Positions 24,760-34,730 of a stretch of DNA of 64,000 nt are shown piece by piece. Origin of the DNA: Paraspadella gotoi. Lineage: Eukaryota; Animalia; Chaetognatha. Position numbers and translations under genes: made by a program. The stretch spans positions 31,190,135-31,254,134 of the forward strand of contig CM119264.1 in assembly GCA_051294375.1 (NCBI GenBank). The letters run 5' to 3'. A model generated the notes under the pieces. That model was given only the letters and a program-made list of their open reading frames with translations, ran no database searches and was not told the DNA's origin. How positions within the stretch are numbered: position 1 is the first letter of the stretch; the number at the start of each line of letters is the position of its first letter.

Positions 24760-27700
24760 ATGATTTGCCTGCTATTTTTAGCGGCTCTGACTCTGACTGT
24801 ACTCAACGCCAGTCCATTGTCCATTGATCAAATCCTCAATCACAAAATTGCAATTGCAAAGAGAGAAGTCGAGAGTTGCGCCTATTCTCCACATGGAGCC
24901 AAATTTGCTGGTAGTGGGGGTGGCTGTCCATTTGCGAGCGTCGCAGCCAGATTTCATCACCGTTACAAGCGCACTACTCATCTTCTAAAATCCCAGACGA
25001 TGAGCAAGGAGGTGTTAGAAATGGTCCTAAGACAATTGAGTGGCAGCGAGGTGAACTCCATCTTGAACGGAATCTATGGAAACAGCAGCAACAGTTACAA
25101 TCCGAATGATCCGTCTTCTTACGATGCAATTAGGGAAGAAGTGGCCAGTCGTCTTGATCATTGCTCGAATCAGGAGAAAGCTGCCAAACCAGCTCCTGAT
25201 CCACCATGCGGAAAATTTGACAAAACTTTTTCGCGCAATAATGGTGAATGCAACAACCTTGATGATCCAATTCAAGCCAGAGCGGGGTCCATCTTTAAGA
25301 GAATCTTACCACCTATTTATGATGACGGATTTGATTCTCCTGTTGGTTGGACCAATAAAAAATTCAACGGATTTAAACTACCATCTCCTCGAAAAGTTAC
25401 TGTTGAAGTTATGACCAGTTTTGACCCAAAAAAGACCCTGAGTGACAAACATACAACAATGAACTTTCAATGGGGTCAATTCACTGATCACGACATCACT
25501 GAGACCCCCATTTCGACGGACCAAATCTGTGCCACAACCTGCGATCGGGTTGCTCCTTGCTTTCCCATCAAGGTACCCGCCAATGAAGTTGCAGTTCGGA
25601 ACAAGAAATGCATACCATTCTCAAGATCCAAGGCGGTGTGCGGAGAGTACACTGTCAGGTATTGATTGAAATTGACAATCAAACACATGATTTTAAACCT
25701 AAGTTTTGACTCCGATTTTTTAATAATCAGTTAATAACCAAATAGAAATCTTAAAAAATTCTTAAGCATCCTAATATACTTGTATATACACGGATTTCAA
25801 ATGGGAGTGAAAAGAAAAGATCAAATACTGTGGTTAAATAATTTGTTATAGCAACTTCAGATTTTGCACTCTAGTAGGAAAATGGCTAAGATTTTTTTTT
25901 CAACTCCCAGTATACCAGCTACTTAGTTATGTGCACATCAATGGCATGGTCGAAATTCAAAAAAGGATTTTTTTTGCTGTTATAAGATATATTTTCATAG
26001 AAACAAGTTTGAGCAAACAATGTCGGATCTGCCCACGATCATAAGCGGTAATAATTAATAAATTAATTAATTTGATCCAAAATGTTTGTTTTGAGGTCAT
26101 TTTGTCACTGACCACGTCAAAGGCAACAATGACGATGATGGCGACGACAACATTAATGTCGATAACGATTGACTTGATTGATTGATTAAATAATTAATTA
26201 ATTGATAAATAAATTAATTGATAAATCAATAATTGATTGATTGAATAATTAATTTATTTATTATTTGACTTATTAATTAATTATTGATTAATTAATGGAG
26301 TTATTGATTAATTAACTAATTAATTATTTTTTTAACTAATACATCTTGCATTTACATTTAATATAAAAAGAAAAAGAAGCATAATCAATTAGTGAAACAT
26401 GTTTTTTGTTTTTTCCATTTAAACTCATTTTCACTCGAAACTTGATTTCCAGCTTGTGGTAAGTGACGAAAAGACCTAAAAACAAACGTTTCGGATCAGA
26501 TTAATTAATTAATTAATTTATTAATTAATTAATTACCGCTAATGATCTTGCGAGTGGAAATGAATTGAAATGGAAAAAACAAAAGTCATATTTACTTGAA
26601 GCAATTTTACTTAAACTTACTCATAATTATTATATTGATTAAAAATAGATAAATTGACCAAATTATGAAAGTTAACCAAATTAAATGATTCTATGTTATT
26701 AACTACACATAAAATCTTAATTTTTTAAAAATTTCATTATCCCACAGGGATGCTCTAACGTTATTTATATTACAGAACTCTTAGTTTTGAGGCGAAGAGG
26801 AAGGGTTTAGAGAGAGAGACGGTGGTAAGTCGCCTCAGTTTTTACTTTGTTCCGCCTTAGTGGTTATGCTATATAGGAACAAAAACGTTAAGAAATTTTC
26901 TAAATAATATAAAGATCAAATATCAATCATATTGAGTCAGTTAAGAGTAATAACAAATCTTTTCATTTAACTCCCATTTGAAATCCGTATATATATATGT
27001 ATATCCTTATATTCTTCCTTATATTCATAACAGCTTTAAAATTTTCCACCAGAGAGCAGTTCAACCAACTGACACCCATAATTGATGCTGGAAACGTTTA
27101 TGGATTTTCTGACGATGTCTTGGAATCGATTCGTGATAAAAAAGATAGAAAATATTTGAAGGTTTGATTATTTTGTATTTTGTATTATAGAAATATTAAT
27201 ATCACAAAATATTTATCGGGTCATTTAAATATTTTTTATTAACTTTTTAAAGAGGTTCTGATATTTTTAATAATTTAGGTTTGAGTTAAAAAAATTATCG
27301 ACTGACAGGTAGTTTACACATATATTTGCATATAAGCGGTCGTAAGTCGGCTCAGTTATACTTGGCTCTATTGTGCATATATTTAAATATTCAGGTTGAA
27401 GATGTGACTAAAAATGGAGGGAAGCCACTTCCTCCAAAAGAGAAAGATCTTACGTGTACTTCAAGCGGAGGCGATGGAGCGGTGAGAAAATCTTATCCTT
27501 GGGTTTTATCCTTATGATACAAACAATCATACAAAATAACAGATAAATAAAAATATATTTAATTAATTAACACAAAAAATATTTTAACTAATAAATAAAA
27601 TCATATATAATAGTTATTATTAAATCTAAAAAAACAGATAGCAAAACAAGTAATTTTACAACTTTCATTTTGAAGAGACTGTAATAATTGTTATGAGTTC

Positions 27701-30700
27701 AATGTATAAGCAGTCCCTGATAACACCGTGTTAGAGGAAGGTTAAGCGCCCCGTAGCTCTAAACTGCAAGGCAACCACCGGGCTATAACTCCGGACCTTT
27801 GGTTTGGGAGGTGAATGATGAACTGTTGGTGTATTTTAGTCCACCATACATCCGTCCTCCCATAGGGACAAGTCTTCTGTTAATTGTTGATGAAAACTTC
27901 GTCACCAAGTTGAGGCATGTTGCCTGATGTTTTGTTGGCGGAAAGTGCGTTGCCAGGTTGAGGCATGTTGCCTGAAAGTGTTGTTGTATTCAAAAGCCGA
28001 GCTCACCAATGAAGAGACCGTAATAATTGTTATGAGTTAGTGACAGAACCGTTCAATATCTAAGCAGTCCCTGAGATTCTGATCAGGCTGTAACACCTCT
28101 CGGTCACTTCAAATGTGGTAGAAATAAATTTTTTGGGGAAAATTTCTACCTTGAGTTATTTTCAAAATTTTAAAAAAATTAAGAAAATTATATCATAAGT
28201 GATAAAAGCAGATTTTAAAACAAGTCTAAATAGTTTTTTAAAATTTATTTTGGCAAAATTGGTAGAATCAGTTAATTAATCTAGGTTTTCCAAGAAAAAA
28301 AATTTAATGATATTAAAATTTGATAGTTTAATTTATCTTCTTTAATAATGATATGTATTTTCTAAATGAGATTTACTGTGTTTAAACATTATTTTCCAAA
28401 TATTTTTTCATTAAATGCTATGCCATCATCAGTGGTAAAGCGATTGTTTCCCTTTACTTTTTAGGTTCCCTGCCGTCACGCTGGTGACGAAAGGGCCAAT
28501 GACACCCCTGCTCTTCTCACAATGCACACTCTCTTTGTTCGAGAACACAACCGCATCGCCAGGGAATTGGCTCGACTAAACCCATATGACGAACCTGAGC
28601 TGATCTTCCAAAAGACGAGAAAGATCATTGTCGCGATTCTTCAGCATATCACTTACAAGCATTGGATATCGTGGTTGATTAAAAATCCCCCAAAGCTTGT
28701 TGAAGAGGGTTATTCAAAGTATGATCGCAATGTCGATCCTACAATTGTCACTGAATTCTCCACGGCCTGTTTGAGGTTTGTTTTTGGGATGGGAAATTCT
28801 CTCTAGTCTAGATAACATAAAAACAACAATAAAGTAATCTTGATTGATGTTGTTATCTTGTAAAAGGGATGGAGGCCTTAGCACACCATTGCCTCTCCAA
28901 AGTCAGCGGCAAGATAGTTTGTTTATTGAATAAATGGATAGTTTTTATATTGGTTGTGATGATTACACAAACAATTAACTAATTGATTAGAAAATTTTCA
29001 TACTGGTCATACCTCCAATTAGCAAGTAACATTTTAATGTTTTATGAATTTATATAGGTCGGCACATTCTACCCTTCCTTTCACGCTCAATCTCCTGAAC
29101 AAAAACTATGACGGGACGTTGTCAAAGAACCCACGCAATCTCTCAACTCTGTTTGAAGCAACCAAGTTGGTTGAAGAAGGACTCGACCCATTCCTTAGAA
29201 GTCTCATGACTCAACCCATTAAGATTTCGGACCCTAAGGTAGAGAAATAGCCTGGCCAGTGACCAGTGAGAGAGAATCTAACCCTAATCCCTAACCTAAT
29301 CCCTCATCTAATCCCTAACCTATTCTCTAACCTAATCCCTAACCTAATGCCTGCCTAATCTTTAACCTAATCTCTAACCTAATCCCCAACTTATTCTCGA
29401 GTCAAACCTTAACCTAATACCTAATCTTAATCTTTAATCTAATCCCTAGCCTAATCCCTAACATAATCTCTAACCCAATCTCTAATCTAATCTTTAACCT
29501 ATCCCTAATCCTTAACCTAATCCCTAACCTTATCTCTAACCTAATCCCTAATCCTTAATCTAATCTTTAATCTAATCTCTAACCTAATCTCCAACTTAAT
29601 ACGTAACCGAATCACTAACCTAATCCCAAACCTAATCCCTAACTTAATCCCTAACCCTAAACCTAATATCTAACCTAATCTTTAACCTAATCCCTAACCT
29701 AATCCCTAACAACAGCTTTTAACCTTTTTTTTAGTCCTAAAAAATAATTTTAGTCCTAGATTTAAGATGAACTAGGGCGTTATGGGAAAACAGGGCAAAA
29801 CGAAGTAATAAATCGCCAACTTCTTGCCCAGGAAATGATTACATCTGAGGTGATCAACCATCTTTTCGGAACCGATGATCTTGCCGCGCGAAATCTTCAA
29901 CGGGGACGCGATCATGGAATTCAATTTTATGCCGCCTATCTGAGAAAATTCGGGTTTATCAATAAAGAATTAGAATCATTCGACGACTTAAAAGACATTA
30001 TCACAAATAAGATAGTTCGCAACAAACTGAAGAAAGTGTATGGTGACCCAAAGAATATAGAGTTATTTGTTGGCGGGCTGGCGGAAACCAAGGAGGAAGA
30101 TAGTGGCATCGCAGGTTAGTGTAAAGACAGAGTTGTGTCCGTTCGTGAGTCACACCCAAAAAAATGTTGACAATTTCTAATTTTATAAATATTTTAAAAA
30201 TTCTTACAACAGACTATATTTTATAAATATAAATTGTATTTATGTAGTTTAAAACATTTAGTTGTTTTGATATTGAGGATAAGCGCTAAATAGGACTGAA
30301 GAGTGATATCGGCAACTACAACCCCCTCTAGCAGCCAGTCCTGGGCTTGGAACCAGGCTTGAGGGTTTTCCACGCCGCCAGGGCCACTGTCCTCATGCTT
30401 CCCGCAGGGTAGGTACCGGGTTGGGATTGAACCCGGTACCTAGTGACTGATGGCTTTACTCAATGAGTTACCAGGTCATGACTGAAGGTGTCATGCTTAT
30501 AGGCGGGGTAACTTATGCAATGCCTGACTACAATATATGTTTTTTTACACAATTTCATTCTTTATGCAAAGTTGTAGTGAGAAAGTATTATTCTTAAAAA
30601 AAATTATCATTAAGTGGGATTAAATTTTTACATTATTTAAAAATATTTTATGTTAAGCTTTTTTAAATTAAAATTAGAAAAAAAAAGCATTCCGCCTTAT

Positions 30701-31475
30701 TTGCAGGTCCTCTGTGCGATAAGATTATCACTGATCAATTTCAAAGAATGATGGATGGTGACAGATTTTTTTATACTCATTATGGAGTTTTTACTCCTCA
30801 ACAACTGGAATCAATTCGCAAGGTAAGATAAACATTAATAACCCAAATATTATGCATACTCTTTAAATACTAAGGCTAAAAGATTCTTTTTTATTTATTT
30901 TTTAAATTATCATTAAAAACTGTTTGAGTCACCAAACTTCTCAAAAATCAAATTTTTTTTTCGTAATATGCACTTTTTACAGATGCAATAGAATCTTTTA
31001 ACTGATACAATTGAGTATTATTGTGTATTGCAATGATGCATACCACAATAGAATCTTCTCACACAAACATTCTTGCCTATACAATTGAATACAGGTGACG
31101 CTAGCTCGTATCATTTGCGACAACAGCGACGGCAGTATCGACCGCGTGCCCGAAAATGTTTTTTTGATTACTGACCCTGCTGCTTTTAAATGCTGCACTG
31201 ACATCCCGATCCTTGACCTGACCCCATGGAAGTGCGAGACTGAACTCCCTCCATTGCATCCACCTCCAAAAGACGTCAAATTGCCAGGACCCCAATTCGC
31301 CGGCCATTGGGAGTTTTACAATATCGGCCATCAGCAGAAAGGTTATGAAAAGAGAGAAGATATTTTTAAGACGAAAGAAAAAGTAAGCAAAGTTGAAAAA
31401 GAAAAACGAAGCAAGAAAAACAAAAGCAAATTGTTGAGAAAAAGACTCTTAGATTTGGCCAAGACTTTTGAATGA
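24760..31475 (+). CDS. Secreted animal heme peroxidase, paralog B, 788 aa
   Basis: Exons 24760-25658, 27053-27161, 27395-27481, 28465-28775, 29058-29238, 29832-30114, 30707-30822, 31095-31475 sum to 2367 nt in frame. Same exon sizes and motifs as paralog A (last exon one codon shorter). Confidence 0.95.
25789..26989. mobile_element. ~1.2-kb non-autonomous TIR element in intron 1 of peroxidase B
   Basis: TIRs cggatttcaaatgggagtgaaaagaaaagat / atcttttcatttaactcccatttgaaatccg in a (TA)n context. Absent from paralog A. Confidence 0.75.
27671..28111 (-). mobile_element. Degenerate TRIM-like miniature LTR element in intron 3 of peroxidase B
   Basis: Direct repeats tgaagagacYgtaataattgttatgagtt...aagcagtccctga at 27671 and 28010. 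The right copy has TGAAGAGACCG...CGGTCACTTCA termini. A PBS-like TGGTGAGCTCGGCT follows it on the minus strand. No clean TSD. Confidence 0.5.
29280..29712. repeat. Degenerate telomere-like (cctaa/ccctaa) tract
   Basis: ~430 bp of cctaatccctaa/cctaatctctaa, versus ~30 bp in paralog A. Similar tracts at 9810-9930, 21980-22020 and 38975-39160. Confidence 0.85.
30274..30532 (-). mobile_element. Solo LTR with tRNA-like A/B boxes (intron 6 of peroxidase B)
   Basis: Minus strand TGTAGTC...CCTCA with 4-bp TSD ATAT. Empty site ttgttttgatatatc in paralog A. Internal cctataag, then taactcattgagt and gggttcaatccc. Confidence 0.8.
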
Positions 31476-32773
31476 TTGAGGTTTGACTCAATTGCGGCAT
31501 TAAAACACTTTATGAGGAAGTATTTTAAAGACATTGGGAAGAATATTTGGATATAAAAAAAATTGTCTTAAGAAGAAGGTTCATTTAATTAACAATGCGT
31601 AATTTTTGATGTATTAGAGCTCATGCATCGAGAAATACATCATACTCATCAGTAATCACAAAAAAAAAATATTTATTTGTAAATATTTTGTTTTAAATCA
31701 TTTTTTAAAATTGGTAAATAACAAAATTGTTAAGTTAAATTAGTAAGCACATTTTTTAAAGATTTGTTTTTCAATCTGGTAGTTAAAAAAGAAGTTAAGA
31801 CATGGTAAAGGGAAATTTAGAAGGGGAGAGTTAAAAAATTAAAGAAATTAAAGAAATTCGATCTACACTGAATCTACACTGAATTTGAAGTGTTGCAGCC
31901 TAAACGACTGCAATAATATTGATTTACAAAATTGATTAGCAATCTTAAAAACATTTATAAAAATGTAATAGAGAGACATTTTGATAAACGTGCTCCAATT
32001 AGAAAGAATAAAGCGTTAAAGTTTAAAAACGTTTCATTTTCAAGGATATAAGTTGAAATTTAAAAATGTCTCTCTATTACATTTCTCTAATTCAGTAATA
32101 GAAAATTCATAAAAAATATCAGATGGATTGGGTTTTTCGTTTGACCTGCAAATCTTCAGATATGTTTCTTTTATTTTATATTATAAAGCGATATAAAATG
32201 GCGTAGAATGCATCAAATGTTTAAAGTGAATACATTTTCGGAATCGCCAGGAGCTCAGCGTTTTGGCCTATTTTAAAGTTTATTTGAATGACCCTTTTTC
32301 TTATATTTTAAATTTTTTTTTTATAAGTGGACAGCCAAAAACTGTTTAAAGTACACAATGTTAAACTAAATGCTTTTATGTTAAGGACTGTTTCTTGACT
32401 TTTTTTTTACAAAAGAAAGAAATTGTATTTTTTATAAAGTATCCCGAGATACGATACGATAAGTGGCTATAATTGTATGATTGTTATATTGTAAAAATTA
32501 CTCCTGATGCTGTAACATTCCATTGACTTTGTGCTTAATTGTAACGGCAAAGGCTTGTTACTTATGAAATTATAAACATTGTTGTTGTAATTATATGTTA
32601 GACAGAAACAAAAAAAATAATTTCATGACAACTTTTGGCTTTTTTTTCTTGAGAAAACAATGAGGAAATGAGAAAGGGCGGAAAGGGTTGGGAGGAACAG
32701 AGAGAGCGAGAGAGCAAAAGAGAGAGATAGAGAGAAAGAGATAAGAGAGACTGTGGCTTCTTTTGCATCCAAT

Positions 32774-34698
32774 TTAAACACGACTCGTCGTCGCCATCGT
32801 TGTTGCCGTCACCCTCGTCGTCGTCGTCCTCCTACTCCTCCTCCTCCTCCTCGTCCCAATCTCCGGTAAAAAAGATGATGCTCCTGCGATCAAAAAATAA
32901 CAAACGGACAAAAGAGCAAAGATGGCGCCGTAATTGACGAAAGAGGGCGTTCCCACGTGGTCGGCGTCGTTAGCGGAGATTACGGCGCCAACGACGATGG
33001 GCGCCAAGGCAGACAAGGCCATCCCGGTGCCGGTAGAGACGCCGTTGACAAAGCCGAGTCTTTCTGGCGGCGTCAGATTGTTGATGATCGTCGCCAACAT
33101 TTGCCAGGCGATCATGAAACTGGTCCGTTCCAACGCAGCAACTGAGGCCAATAGTGTCACTCTGATGGAAGAAGACACCGCCCATTTAACCGTCGGTGTT
33201 GCTAAGACGAGGACGCCTGCGACGACGATGGAACCGACGGCGACTCGGCGCTCCTAGCGGTGAAAAATGGAATTCATTGAAACCTTTTGTTTTAGTTGTA
33301 ATCATTTATTAATTAGTACTTATTAGAACTTAAAAGATTGCACTAAATACTAATATTTGACCTGAATGCGCAGTCATATGCTGGCTTGTCTATTGGTCAC
33401 TTCTCGGTCGGTCGGTCGGTCTGTCCCAGTTTATTTCAATGTTTATATAACTCCGGTAACATTGCATGATTTTAGTTGATACTTGGTAGGAATATTAATC
33501 AACATGAGATATACAGTCATGAGTTTGAAAAGTCAATCAGGCATAAAATTGATTGGTAATTTGGTTTAGTGAAAACTTTAAAAAAAAGTGTTCAACCATA
33601 AAATGATGTTTGTGAATAGTCTAGTGTAAGACAGTTAACACTGAAATGCCTGTGATAAGAAAGTCACTTTGGCGCACCGTTTCTTGTGATATTCACAGAT
33701 TTTATGATACTAGGAATCGCTTAATGAGTCGTGATAAGAAAGTCACTGCGGCGCAATACTTTGGAATCACCGTTTCTTGTGATATTCACAGATTTTGTGA
33801 TACCTGGAATCGCTTAACGAGTCTTGGTGCTAAAAATAGACAACCAAAGATTCCTGGTAAATTCACGATGACGAATACAAGACCGAGAGATGAGGGAGAG
33901 AGACCGAGTCCTCCATGAGAATCAAGAAGGCCGCCCCAGAGTGAGAGAGAGTCGACCATACCTTTGGAGGTGAAGCCGAGGAGAGAGACAGAGACAATGG
34001 CGAGAGAGAGGGAGGGAGAGAAGAGGGAGAGGAAGAGGGAGAAGCGAGAGGAAAGAAGAGATTTTCTTTTTGGCAAAAATTGAAAACGAGTTTCGGTGAC
34101 TGAGTTTTTGCTGGAGAAAACTTGATCGATGTTAGAGATTGATGTCGTCTCCATCATTGCTGTAGAATCAACATTGATGTTGTCTATTGATGAAGAATCT
34201 TCAGCCTTGATTTGGTGACTTTCCTTCTCAGGATTTTTGATTAATCTTTTTTCATAGTTTTTCTCATTTTTGTGATTAATTTCATTGTCGATTTCCATGA
34301 CACCGGAATTGTTATAACTTTCGTTTTTGCTGTCATAACTCTTGTCTTTGCTATCATAACTTCCATCTTTGCTGTCATAACTTCCGCCTTTTCTGTCATA
34401 ACCTCCGTCTTTGCAGTCATAGACTCCATCTTTTTTGTCATAACTTCCGTCTTTGCTATCATAACTTCCGTCATTCCCGTCATAACTCCCAACTTTGCTT
34501 TCAATTCGATATTTTTGAAATGAAATATCACTGCCATTAATGTCATCAGAATTGTCATAACCTCGATTTTCCTTGCCCATATCATGATAATCACGAGGCT
34601 TTTTTCTTTGTAATGTCACAGAGTTGTGACAATCATGGAAATTGTCATATCCTTTATTTTCAGTGACTTCGTCTATTTTTCTATTTTCGTTTTTATTG

Positions 34699-34730
<32 letters not shown>

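Larger units (their letters stand above)
21407..34635 (+). repeat. Tandem segmental duplication, unit 2
   Basis: Colinear with 8589-20430, but with its own independent transposon insertions and many substitutions. Confidence 0.9.

Noticed and set aside
29280-29712. Interstitial telomere or chromosome fusion scar
   Set aside because: Mixed degenerate 5/6-mers inside an intron, with a short version in the paralog and similar tracts in dispersed repeats. No head-to-head inversion.
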